The position numbers and the translations under genes were made by a program. Below are positions 11,391-24,774 of a stretch of DNA of 64,000 nucleotides, in pieces; within the stretch, counting starts at the first letter, position 1; each line of letters opens with the position of its first letter. The notes under the pieces are model-generated. The model saw only the letters and a program-made list of their open reading frames with translations. It was not told where the DNA came from and did not search any database. This stretch comes from Heteronotia binoei. Lineage: Eukaryota. The DNA is taken from assembly GCF_032191835.1 (NCBI RefSeq), contig NC_083228.1:43896001-43960000 (forward strand), given 5' to 3'.

Positions 11391-13755
11391 GGTTAGGACT
11401 AAAAATGTGACCACAACAGAACCGGAAAACCGATGAACAAACACTTTTAGACTTCGGTCCTTAAACAATTTATTCAGTTTTCTCACTGAAATAACTTAAC
11501 TACTGAAGGAACACTTTCGTGTCAATTCTGTCCTCCATCTATAGCAAAGGTAGATGGGGTGGCCAAAAGCTGACATCTCTGACCATTCTATCAGGGCTGA
11601 ACATGCAGTTCCAGATTGGGCAAAAGTAATTTGCCATGGGTGCAGAATGAGAAAATCCAATACTAGAAAGTTCATATACAGCAAGATGGCATGCTTTGAA
11701 CATATTTGTTTTATTCTGACATAGATCATCCAGTGTCATACAGCATAAATATACAATGGTCTGAATTCAAAGGTTGTTTTCCACCAACTGCAGGCATGAT
11801 TTACAACTTGCATGCCTCTCCTGCAATCCCCTCTTTGAGCTCCCCAAAATGCTGCTCCTGGGGGACAGGGGATTCCCACAAAGAGGCATGGGAATACAAG
11901 TGGGACATCTTCACTGAGAAGTAGGTATCTGACGCATACATCCCATTCTGCTGTCAGAAAACGCTTTGTATTCAGCCCAATGTTGTGCATCCTAATCCAT
12001 CAGATATGGTATATGAGATTATATACACACAAACATGCATAATCTATAGTCTCCATAAAAGCCCACAAGGAAATATAAATTTATCATGATGCAAATGTTT
12101 TGTGTAGTAATACTCTGTATTGTTTCCACTTCATATTTTATTTAGTTTTTTTTCATAATGTCTCTCCAAGGACCATAACACAAACAGCAAAGAAGCTTAT
12201 TATAAAGCTTCAAAATATGCTTTGCATTGGAATTCGGAAAGCAACACAAAATCCTGCTGCTTTATAAAAATCATGCATGCATCAAGGAGGGCAATTAAAC
12301 ATCAAAGAAACCTACCATATATTTTTGATGGATAATTTATTTGTATATAAAACAACCATCTATAATTTCTAAATAGTCACACAAATACAGGGAAAAGTAG
12401 ACAATTTTTACAATAATTTATTTACAGTAATTTCTAATGCAAATATTAACATGTGTACAAATACATTCCTATCTGAATATAAATAACATCCATTATAAAT
12501 GCTTGCATCTTTATATCATTTTATATTATTTTATTCCTATGGTTGCTGATTATTCAAAATAGATTGACAATACATGATGAGTTTCCCTAGCATACAACAA
12601 TCACCTTCAGTCTTGTGCACTGGCATTACATTTTTCAATTAAAAGTATAACATTCTTTTATTCCTAGTAACTATATCAAAATGCAAAGTTCAACAGATCT
12701 CAAAACTGGTCATTTGATGATAAAAAGGACCCTTGCAGAAGTTCTGGAGTTTATTTATGTTTGGAAATACAAGAGAAAGATCATCACTCCAGAGCTATAC
12801 ATCTATTCTAATGCTCCTGTTTGAGTCAGCTTGGCATTCATTTCAGTAGAGGGCCTACTCTACACAAATCTTTCTTTGCATATGTAGAACCACCTCCTCC
12901 ACTGATGTGAACAATGGAACCTTCAGCATAGAAACACATTGGCTCTGGTATGTCTTGAACAAAATTACTCATTATTTATAAGACAGAGAATTCAATTTTT
13001 ATCATATTTCTGTACATATGTTTAGAACACTGACTGAAAAGTATTCCTCATGTCAGAAACCTTGGTAAAAACTCATATTATACAGCTAAAAAGGTAGCAA
13101 CTTAGTATTAGATGGTCACAGACATCCTAAATCTCTGCCTGAGATGTCTTCATGATATTGTTGCTAAGCAGGTCTGAGGTTATGTTTTGGGCTACTGCAG
13201 TGATACTACATTCTGGTACACTGCATCCTAAACATTTGTTTTAGTGGTATCCAAAGGTTTAGAACTGGACCACTATGATCATTCAGCCTGATCCATCCAT
13301 CCATCCAGGAATAGACAGCCATCAGTAATATACCGTACATAAGGGGAGTACATCCCATTTCACAATAAATATTAAGTTCTTAGTACAGACTCCCATATGA
13401 GATATTTCATTTCTTTTTTAAAAAGTTCCAGTGGCACTAGGAAACTCACAATCCACACAACATTTTGCGCTGTTATGCTTATACATGGAAAATGGAAAAC
13501 TGATTTCCTCTAGCAATTTAAAAATGAAGTTTGACTGCACCCAGCAATATGTACCAAAAAGTACACAAAAGCAGCTTTGTTTGGAAAAGTCGTTACTTGT
13601 TTTGACAATTAACCCCAAAACATTTCTACTACATATGACTGAAGTATATTTTCTTATACTATATATAGCAGGAAAAACTTGAATTAAGACAAGTACAAAG
13701 AATTCGCATGAAGAGTCTGTCCTTGTCTAACACTAATGGCTTCTACCGAACTCAC

Positions 13756-13878
13756 TAATGAAGCTCATCTGTTTCCACAAATCGTTGAAAGCTTTCCTAC
13801 GATCTGGTGGTCTGTCGCATTTTCTCTTGTATTCTCTAACAATGGCTTTTGCTTCTTGTTCTAGCAGAGAAGGCAATT
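13756..13878 (-). CDS. LRRC27: Candidate extra LRRC27 exon (123 bp, phase 1 to phase 1)
   Basis: Acceptor ttctgtatttcacag|AA, donor A|gtgagt; stop-free in the LRRC27 frame: (E)LPSLLEQEAKAIVREYKRKCDRPPDRRKAFNDLWKQMSFI(K). No homology recognised with certainty. Confidence 0.5.
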
Positions 13879-14132
13879 CTGTGAAATACAGAATTTCAGA
13901 GGAAGTGCACACTTTATAAAGGACTGAATTGATACAGGCTAAAGGTCTGCAAAACATACTATAAAGAATATCTTGTCCTATCAGTGGTCTGTTTCTTCAG
14001 TGATCACTGTGCCATGAGAGTCCAGTGCTGATGTTTATGCAACATATATATTTTTTCTTGGGAGACATGTTAATGGGCAGAAATCACAAGAATATTTGGT
14101 GATCCAAAAAAAGTAATGGAACAGTGTCAGTC

Positions 14133-14257
14133 AGATCAAGACGGGTAGCTGTATTAAGTCTGTCTGCAGCAGTAGAAAGAGTCCAGTAACACCTTAAAGA
14201 CTAACAAAATTAGTGGTAGGGTATGAGCTTTCGTGAGTCACCGCTCACTTCTTCAGA
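14133..14257 (-). mobile_element. Penelope-like terminal fragment
   Basis: gagtccagtaacaccttaaagactaacaaaatt...gagctttcgtgagtcaccgctcacttcttcaga, the same terminus as the element at 41678. Confidence 0.65.
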
Positions 14258-15007
14258 CAGTGAAACACTGATGCTTTAAATCAAAAATTAAACATGCAAT
14301 AGATAAGCGGGTGTTCAACTGATCCTATTTTTAGCTTTTCAGCAAATCTCATATCTTATCTACAATATTGTAGTGCACACACATACAAGTATAAACAGCA
14401 CTATTTAATATGGAAAGGCTGTAAAACTTACAAAACAAACAGGTAATGTCTGTATCCTGAACAAGAATTTTTTTCAATATGTCAATGCTGCATGTGATAT
14501 AATCCAGGAAATGGCAATTTTTTAAAAATTGAATCACGGCCTCCAATTGTCAATATTTCATCTAATAATTTGTATGTATGTACTTCTTATTCCTGCAAAT
14601 CTAAATATTAATGTTCAATAAGCAAATTTAAATATTAACATCCCATTTTCCAGCCATAGAAAGTAGAGGTGTGGCTCCATCATACACTACAAAATTGTGT
14701 GTATGACCAGATTCATACTTATATAATAGTGCTGTTTTAGCTTTTTTAATGGCTGCATTTTTTAAAGCTAGATGTAATGCAGAAAACTTGCTGTTTCTCA
14801 GATCAGCTTTTTAATATATCCATTAAGAGCCTCATGTCCTGTTCTGGCAACTCAGATGTGTATTTCTACCATGTTAATACTGGGACACAGATTTGTGTGA
14901 CATTGTAGGGATAAAGGGCATTTTTGGAAAAAAAAACTAAATAACTCATGAAAGTGATCTTCATTTCAAGTCAACTTTAAATTATATGAGTTCACAATTT
15001 TCATAGC

Positions 15008-16138
15008 AGAGGGTGGTAAGCAGTGGAATACCGCAGGGCTCAGTAATGAGTCTGATGCTTTTTAACTTGTTTATTAATGATTTGAAGTTGGAAGTAAGCA
15101 GTGAAGTAGCTAAATTTGCAGATGACACTAAATTGTTCAGGGTGGTAAGAACCAGACAGGATTGTGAGGGACTCCAAAGGGATCTTTGGAGTCGAGGCTG
15201 GGCAAGTGGGCGTCAACATGGCAAATGAGGTTCAAGATGGCTGAGAACAAAGTAATGCACATTGGGGCCAAAAATCCTAACTATAAATACAGTTGATGGG
15301 GTGTGAACTGGTGGAAACTGACCAAGAGAGAGATCTTGGAGTCATGGTAGATAACTCACTGAAAATTTCAAGACAGCCCAATAAAAAAGGCCAATGCTAT
15401 GCTAGGGATTATTAGGAAGGGAACTGAAAAAAAATTAGCCAGTATCATAATGCTCCTGTATAAATCGATAGTGTAGCCTCATGTGGAATACTGTGTACAG
15501 TTCTGGTCACCACACCTCAAAAACGATATTATAGCATTGGACAAAGTGCAGAAAAGGGCAACAAGAATGATTAAAAGGTTGGAACACTTTCTTTATGAAG
15601 AAAGGTTAAAGTTCCTGGGGCTCTTTAGCTTCGATAAATGATAACTTAGTGTGACATGATAGGGGTTTACAAGATTATGTATGGGACAGAGAAGGTAAAG
15701 AAAGAAGTACTTTTCTCACTTTCTCACAGTACAAGAACTCGTGGGCACTCAATGAAATTGCTGAGCAGTTGGGTTAGAACAGATAAAAGGAAAGTTCTTC
15801 TTCACCCAAAGAGTGATTAACACATGGAATTCACTGCTACAGGAGATGGTGGCATCTACAAGCATAGACGGCTTCAAGAGGGGATTGAATAAACATATGG
15901 AGCAGAGGTCCATCAGTAGCTATTAGCCACAAGGTATAGATGGAACTCTCTGCCTGGGGCAAGTGATGCTCTGTATTCTTGGTGCTTGAGGGGGGGACAA
16001 CAGTGGGAGGGTTTCTAGTGTCCTGGCTCCACTGGTGGACCTCTTTTTTTTTTTTTGCCGCTGTATAACAGAGTGTTGGACTGGATGGGCCACTGGCCTG
16101 ATCCAACATGGCTTCTCTTATGTTCTTATGTTATGTTC
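15008..16138 (+). mobile_element. 5'-truncated CR1 LINE (RT C-terminus plus 3' UTR)
   Basis: VSSGIPQGSVMSLMLFNLFINDL...[11 protein letters not shown] motifs, frameshifted downstream, ending in the (TTCTTATG)n tail. Confidence 0.92.
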
Positions 16139-17857
16139 TCAATTTTTCCTGTCCCCCTCATAAATAATGTTTCACAAGGCAAATACATCATTAATACTGA
16201 CAGCAACTAGGTATTTTTGTGTATGAAAATAAAGGTGATTTTTTTTAATACATTAAAATCTACATTTCATTCTTCAAGCCACCATTTCATATCTGTCAAT
16301 CTTATGAAGTGATTACTGATCCAGTATGAATACTATGAGTATTAGCTTTTGACCTCACTGTGTATGAAGAGCCAAAGGCACTTTCTCTGGACCAGAAACT
16401 GCTGATGTAAATCAAATGAACACCCAAATGTAGATGTCTTCCTTCCTGAACTGCATTGCTTTCAATGAGATGAACTCTTCATCTACATCCAGATACAACT
16501 GCATGTACAGCTCTTTGAGACTAGACTGGGAATGAGTGCAATCTTTGGTTTCCTTTTTTAAATGTACTAATACAAGTCTTGGTACTGATCATTCAGAACA
16601 ATACTTTCCTAATTTATCAATTCTGAGCTTTGGCACCAACAAAGAGGCAGGAGATAAAAGAAAAGTGCTGAAACTGATTGAAAATGTTACTCATATGAAA
16701 ATCACTTGATATTTAAAAACCACCTCATCACTTTCAGTGGATCCAGAAACATAAATGGGTTTACCTTAATTCCAATTGTGAAGGATCTTGTGCGACACAT
16801 ACAACTTCCCTCCTTACATATTACAATACCCCAAACTGGGTTGCACAAGATCTTGCACAAGCACAAATGAGAATATGACTCTGACATAGTGCAAGCAACT
16901 ACCTCGGTGTCTTCCTTAAATTTCTGCTTGCATAAGTACTCCAGTGCTAGCGAAATTTTTGCACTAGATTCAACTCTGTGTTTTCTGTGAATTAATAGTC
17001 AAATTAAGTTATGGGAAACAGCTATTTATAAGGAATATATTATGGCTAAAGACATGGTGATAAATAGGAAATGATTCACAATGGCTGCGGCAGATTACAT
17101 TCCCAAATGCATCCAAGAAAGTGTTGCAATAGCTGAATTCTTTTATGTGTTTAACAGCAAAAAAGCCCATATATGCAAAGGTTCTGGCAGAAGGCAGCAG
17201 GTGACAGGTCATGCCAGTCTACACAGCTAAACCAACAATGTTATCCCTATGCAGAGTTACTTCAGTTTATGTCCACTCACCTCACTACTTTGCATAGGAT
17301 TACACTGTAATTATTGGGCATCTTCAAAACCTGGTTTCTACAGAGAATGTGGATGTAGAGACTATAACCCCCAAAGATACGTTTCCATACAAGGAAGGAT
17401 ATCAACTGGGGAACTGAATGCATTCACCCTTCTTCCCTTGCCTTCTAACAAGATGAATCAGAAGTGGCTGATGTAGCTGTCCCCAATGTAATCAAACCCC
17501 CCAGGATCAAGTGTATGGATCAATAATGATCTTTACTAAGTATCAAAACTATATTAAGAATATTATTAGATATTAATAACAGTTTATATTCCTAAATATG
17601 AAATCTCTTAAATGGGCAAACCACTGGCATTAACAGTGCAATTCTAAGCCATTATATCTTTCAGAGCCCACTGACTTGGACAGACTTGGAAGGGTGCAGA
17701 GCTGCTTAGGACTACGCTGTGAAACTTTCCATCTCGTGTCCTAAAATGGTAATAACGGTCCTAAACCATATGCAGAGTGTAGTACGAACTATGCTATCCC
17801 ATGTTCTCAACTAGGTAAATACTACTTTTCAAAAATATGCATTAAAAATCATTGTAC

Positions 17858-18010
17858 CTGGAGAAACAGGATCTGAGTCATCAAGATTCTGATTATTGTA
17901 CTTTTGAAGGAAGCATAAAATAATAGGTAGGCCCTGCTGTATCACTTCAGGAGGTGGAAATTCCAGGGGACAATGTCTGAGATTCAAGGCTGTCAGTGAA
18001 GTTAAGTTAC
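17858..18010 (-). CDS. LRRC27: LRRC27 coding exon (153 bp)
   Basis: Acceptor ccccccag|GT, donor CAG|gtacaa. Encodes (G)[36 protein letters not shown]..., similar to recalled human [36 protein letters not shown]. Confidence 0.95.
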
Positions 18011-20943
18011 CTGGGGGGGTGGGGGAGAGAAAAGGCTTAACATGGAAGTATTTCAAAAGAAAGAGCACTTCTCAGATCTTGTCCTGAACCACTAAATTTC
18101 AGAAAACACCAAACCCTCCCCCCCCAGTTAAAAGGACAAATTAAATACAATCATGGGCCAAAATGGATCTAACATGCTACCAAGCAAAAGCATCTGATTT
18201 CCAAGTCTCAAGTCATTATTACACAGAGGCACTTATGTTCCCTGCCTAGCACTTCTGCACGCAACCTCCATCTCTACTTTTCCCTTCCAGTCCAAGGCTT
18301 CCCATTGTTGATTCTCCTAGTTCCACTTTCCCAGTCCCCAATTAACTTGCTTCTTCCCTCTTTCCTTCAGTCTGCCACATAAACAGTAAAGACCCCCTAA
18401 CAAGGAGTCCCACAGGCTGCACTTCAATTGCTGTTGTCTACTCTGTTCTCTTCCCAGCTTTTACTTCCTTTTCCTACAAAACCTCCAGAACTCAGCATGC
18501 CTCTGGGAAGGGAATGTAGACAGGAGGGGACAAGAGCGACCCTTGAATAGCTCCTTTCTTGATTGCCCGGGATGGACACATTTGAATAACTCAAAAGCTG
18601 CATGGGGCTTCCTAGCCACTCTTTAATAGATCTTAAAAGTGCTTTCAGTCAGCACAAAACAAATGCCAAATTCACGAAGGGCAAAACTCAAGGCTGTTTA
18701 TGACAATTCTGTGCTGTTTGGAAAACAGTAGTATCTTACAGCAAGTTGAATAGGAACTCTGCATTTTCCCAGAGAAGTGGCTAAACAGCTTGGGTTGTTG
18801 CATATTCTTCACAGACTCTAGCAGAAATGTTCAATAATCCCTGGTCAGCCCTGTGTAGCTCATAAGAGTACGTGGTAGAGACTAATTCTGTACAGATTAG
18901 AAATGATACTTGTGCCACTGAGCCAACACAAGCATGCAAAGGGAGTGAAATATACTGGCTCTCAATGCTAAGGTGCAGTTAATCATGGCTCTGCAAAATA
19001 AGAGGCACTGTAAAGAGAGGCTTCTGCAGAGTAAAGTACATAAACGTGTGATTTGAAAATGTTTTTACACCCTTTGACCTCCCACTCACTCAACCATAAC
19101 AAAGCTAGTATTAAGGCTGTTTATATCAGACACAGTGGAGATCTCAGAAAATGAGAGATAACGTGAAGTCTTCGATTGTATGCATGCAGCAGACATACTC
19201 CACTAAAGCACAGTGGAAAAGAAACCTTCCCCTAGGAGCAACTCCTTAAATGGCTTGCCTACCGAAGCCAACAAACCATTTAAAAGCATATAGGTGCCCT
19301 ATGGTGTTACATAATGGCTAAGCAGCCTAAACCTTTTCTATTATCTCCATAGCAGACTAAGGGAAAACTCCAGTGATGCACCCTGGATCTTTTGCATGCA
19401 GAGACCTTGGATCTCTGTATCACATCCTTTAATTGTATCACATCTTTATTCTCCTATGTAATGGAAGCTCACATCAGGCAAACTATTACAGAATGGCTCC
19501 CTGAGATTCACAATCTAAACAAAAATTTCCATCATCTGTACCTTTGTTGAATGAAGGGCTGCAAAACTTGAAAACCTACATATTCCCATGAGAACATAAC
19601 CCCATAAAATGTATGCTACAAAGCCTCTTTTGCCGCAACCACAATGTTTAAACCTAGTCTGAGCTGTCTTAGGAAAACAGACAGAAGGCACAATTACCAG
19701 TAGTGGAAATGCAGGCTCTCTTAGGCTTCAGTCAAACTGTGTATGTGCCTCACTTCCTAACTCTTTAAAATCTATGGGGATTTTGCCTTTGATTTTAATA
19801 ACATGAACTTATCCTCCATTATCTTTAGTAATGAAATAAAAGATAGCTGCCAAATATTATTATAGCCTGAGCTCCAGGAATTATAACATCCAATATTTTA
19901 TTTGCTTTTTGAATAAATGCTTGTTTTCATTGTAACTGGCACAACTGAATTAATAAATGTAAGTAACGCATGCAGATACTTGTGGACACCCTGTGGTGTA
20001 ACAGCTATCTTGTTTGCATCTGGATGAAAATACATTTCAGAAAGGAAACCAGCAACAATGCTCTTGCAAAACACCAGCTTTATTTATGTAAACAAGGACT
20101 TCTGCTCTTGAGCAAGAAAATAATTCTTTACACAAAACATTGGGTTGCTTTCACATGAACAGAGCTCACATCAGTTTGGAGGGCACAGTATGAAAAGTGC
20201 CAAGATTCTGAAGGTAGTCAATAACAGATTTTTCACACTGCCTTGAGAAAATGCCTTTTTGAAAAAGTCGATTCACAGCTTGAATGAGCATCAATTTCCA
20301 TTGCTTTCTGAGAATAAACTACTCAATATTCTATGCAAGTTTGTTCCTTATTCATTACTGTATTACGTAACATATTTGCACACATTCTTTCAGCAAAGCC
20401 TCTCCTGGACAACAAATATCTTAGCAGAAGGTGGTTGCGCTATTCTAAATTACTAGCAATTAAAAGCTAATATGAATGTTTTAAAATAAACTTCCTCTGC
20501 CACTTATAGAAGAATGTTAACAACAATAACCGTATCATAGAATATTGCAAACAATAACAAACACAGCTTTTGTGAGTCACTGCTCACTTCTTCAGATATT
20601 TTATTTATTTCAATTTATATTCTGCCCTCCCTGTGAACGGATTACAACAACACTCAAAACATCAGATAAATGATAAATAGTTAAAAGCAACTAAAACAGC
20701 ATAACCTAACATATCAGATGTGTATCCATAAACATGGTTTCCAGTTGGCACCACTAGGGCTTTAGAATCATCTCATCTGGGCCTTATAGAATAGTCATTT
20801 CGGCTACAGCAGGGGAGGATGGGTGTTTTATTGGACACCCATCACCTCAGCCAAAAGAATAAGCAGTGATTCACAAAAGCTCATACACTATAAATAAAAT
20901 TTTATTATTATTATTATTACTATCACAATTTTGTTAGTCTTTA

Positions 20944-21228
20944 AGAAGAAGATAATGATATTGGATTTATGTCCTGCCCTATACACTGAATCTCAGTCTC
21001 AAAGCAGTCACAATCTCCTTCACCTCCCCTCCCCCCAATACAACAAACACCCCGTGAGGTAGGTGGGGCTGAGAGAGCTCTTACAGCAGCTTCCCTTTCA
21101 AGGACAGCTCTGTGATAGCTATGGCTGACCCAAGGCCATTCCAGAAGCTGCAAGTGGAGGAGTGGGGAATCAAGCCTGGTTCTCCCAGATAAGAGCCCAC
21201 GCACTTAACCACTACACCAAACTGGCTC
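20944..21228 (-). mobile_element. Squam3-like SINE, full length, inserted into a Penelope terminal fragment
   Basis: Complete head-to-tail match to the other copies; the flanks ttttgttagtcttta and aaaggtgttacttt...ttacccatcttgatcta rejoin into the Penelope terminus. Confidence 0.85.
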
Positions 21229-22904
21229 TTTAGTAATAAAATTACTAAAGGTGTTACTTTTTTCTACTGCTAGAGACAGACTGACTCAGTTACCCATCTT
21301 GATCTAATAGCAACTGCAGTTACCTGCTGCCTTCAATGACTTGGTTATTTTCTGTGCCTCCTTTCCCCCCATCTCTCTGCTTTCTCTCAGATATTTTCAT
21401 GAACACTCAGTTCTATGCATATAATACAAGAATGCTCCTGTTCCTGTTATATAGCCCAATGGCTACACAGCAAGGAATTAAGTATTTAGGAGAACACAAA
21501 GGTTGCTACTATAAGCTTAATTCTTGAGGTGCAGGAGCCTCTAAAGAAGAAGATACAATGCACAGGCTTCTTTATACACATTATAAATTACTCTTGTAGA
21601 TGTTCCCTAATGAATAATAAAGGAGTATATACATTACAAGCATCAATGTATATTGCGGGGGGGGGGGGGTCAACATACTGCCTTAGGGAGCTAAAGCAAA
21701 ATAAAGTTGCTGAGGTTTTTTTTAAAGTTTGGCACAGATGAAATAATTTACCCAACTGGGAACATCTATATATGATGACTACCCATATTACGTGAAGGGG
21801 TTTTAAACTGTTCTACATTGCAGTTAATACTTTTCTGATATGAAGTAAAGCACTTTAACATCTAAAAAGAAATGATCACATTGCTTGTGTAATAGGCCTT
21901 TGGTTTACATTTCTATCTAGCTCCCCTACCTAGTATGGGAAGGGTATATGGTATACCACTTGTATTCAAAGAAAACCTCGATAATATTACGGAAAACCAT
22001 TTTACTTGTTGCAGATTGGGAAAAAGTGATCTTAGCTGGCCTTGCAATGTCTGATCTACTGGGTTTAGGGAAAGCATGGGAACAACCAGCTGAACTTTCA
22101 TCATATTGTATAATACATTTTTGGAAATTTTAGCACTGCCCTGCAGAGGAGTTCCAAGCATGAGTTAAGGTATAATGAAGTAGCATCATTTCTAAATACT
22201 GACATTTGTGGGTTCAAGAACAAAGGCAAGTCTCAGCAGAAGGGTGGTTACATCTGGACAAAATAACACAGCCACCCTGGACATTTCTAGCAGAAGCTAA
22301 GAAGGAAAAAGTACTGGAAAATGGAGGTTGTCTTACTAGAATCAGATAGTTCAGGGATAGGCACTTGATACCAAAGGCCCCTAAAGACACAGTGCTCAGC
22401 TGGCTAGGAAGGAACACCATAACTGAATGTTTGCATCAGCCTGAACAATGGAGCCTGAACAATGTTATTCCTTGAATTCCAGAGATGAATTTGAGGAGCT
22501 GAAATTCAGAGCTTCAGATTCCCTCATTCTTACTTAATTCTGAAGCCAATATTAAAACATCCAGTTTCTCAATAATGACCTGAAGTAGGTCCCTTGGTAC
22601 TGTGGGCTTATTTTCTTTAGATTCTGTCATATATAGTATGCATGGAGAAGCTCCAGTTGGTCATGTTCTGAGGAACTCTTATTGATTTATTAGCTCTACT
22701 CCTGATATTGTTAGTTATTACCTTCTTGTCTGTTGCTAATGCATTTTAATTCATCAGTCATCTTACCACACTGTGCCAATGGACTGTATTACAATAAAGC
22801 CTACTGCAAGTTCCTAATTATTCAAGAGTGCATGCACAGTTAAGGCTAATTACTAACAATTGCTAATTTTTAAAAGCATGTATTATGGAAGAAAAAGTAC
22901 TTAC

Positions 22905-22963
22905 CAAACTCTACAGGCAGTCTTTTAATAGGATTTCTTTCTAGCAGCAGAGTTTTCAATTGC
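22905..22963 (-). CDS. LRRC27: LRRC27 coding exon (59 bp)
   Basis: Acceptor ttttttctaaag|G, donor G|gtaagt. Encodes [20 protein letters not shown], a leucine-rich repeat similar to recalled human [20 protein letters not shown]. Confidence 0.95.
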
Positions 22964-24136
22964 CTTTAGAAAAAAATAAAATAACAAATATTCAAACAGA
23001 AAACAAAACTCAATTAAATTACAACTGTTATTTTAAATTATATTGGTTTTGAAATTTCTTCTACATTACAGGAATAATATTTCAAAGTGCACCTCTGAGA
23101 TGCCACCTCTCATATTTATTTCAAATTCCTCATAAAAACTCATCTTTTTCTGTTAAGCCTCTGGGGATAACCTATTCTTACTAAAATTGTCTAAGCACAT
23201 GTTGCTGAAATGAAACACAACAAATTGCCAATTTTTGTGTGCTCTGTAATGAATCATGCAAGCTGATAACACTGAATAAAAAAAGCTCTTGGGGAAATCT
23301 GCTTATTAGTTAACATATATATGTTTGCTTATACTACTAGATGTATCAGTACACTACTGTATGGATCAGTACGCTGAAAGCAAGTGTATTTGCATCACTG
23401 TATGCATGACAGTTGTTCCATACATCTGACTGAAAAGACCAGCACTCAGATCCTCACCCTGCCCATGTCCTTGTGCCTGTCATTATATCCCAGAGAAACC
23501 TATCTCACACAGTTTTTTGTGAGGATAAAAAACAGATGTGGGATGAAACCATGTATGCCACCCTGCTAGGAGGGCAGGATAAGAATGCGAGCAATAATCA
23601 CAATACATTACAGTTTTCCTTCATGGAGATAAGCAAGTTGCATGCTGGCCAAGCTAGCTATGAAAGGTGTCTGCCCTGTTTAATGTCTGCCCTGTTTATA
23701 AGTAAAGTGGTGGAGGGAGAAGGTCTCTTTTTAGCATCTCTGAGGGAAGCTGAAACCTCACAACTCCCAGCAATCCATAATCCCCAGATGCTTCTTCCCC
23801 ATCCTGACTCACTTGCTGTATCGGAGTGAGGCTGGGGAGAAAAAGGATGATGAGCTGCGAGAAGACACAGGACAGGAAGGAAATCAACTTAGCTTTTACT
23901 GTGAAAACTAGACCCATTTTATATATGCAAATCAGGTAGTATGAGAACAAGAAATGAGGCTTCTCTGTCACAATTAGTTTGGCTACAATAACGATGTTTC
24001 AAAGTTATTTCTTAATCATACTTCACATTTTAAGTCAGTAAAGAGCAACATTTACTAATAGGTCATTTCATAATTAATATGTATGCAATAAACAGAATGA
24101 AATTATTGTGGAAGTATTAACACAGCAGAAGACTTA

Positions 24137-24268
<132 letters not shown>

Positions 24269-24558
24269 CTAAGACAAAATATATTTTTGTACATATTTGA
24301 AAATGTAGCAATATTAGATTACTTAGTGTACTAATTCATGTATTACATACACAGCAAATGTGCAAAATTTTATCTAACAATTATCTGAGTAATTTTTAAG
24401 GATTGTATAAAAATAATGAAATGGAAAATGCATATTTAAAAAATTTATTCTAAAATTTAAGAGACAAATTTTAAGAATCTAGAGTTTTTCACCCACAAGT
24501 CAACTATTCTGTAAAGATTATACATTTTAATAATTGTTGCAAGATCTGAGAAACTTAC

Positions 24559-24774
24559 TTTAAGGTTTAATAACTTATATATATCCTCAGTTATATGCTG
24601 CAGATCCTTTCTGCTCAAATCCAGAGAGTCCGAAGAACTAGAGATTAGGTTCTCAACAGAATTGTGAATGTTGGTCAAAGAGCTAGAGGCAGTAATGCTC
24701 TTCCTCTTTTTCTGTTCATTCTGAAGGTTATCACCACCACCACGGGTTCCTTCTGAAGACCACTTTTCTTCCAT
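24559..24774 (-). CDS. LRRC27: LRRC27 first coding exon (ATG at 24774; probable acceptor at 24795-24796)
   Basis: MEEKWSSEG...SVENLISSSSDSLDLSRKDLQHITEDIYKLLNLK followed by donor AAA|gtaagt, phase 0; similar to recalled human [29 protein letters not shown]. Confidence 0.88.
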
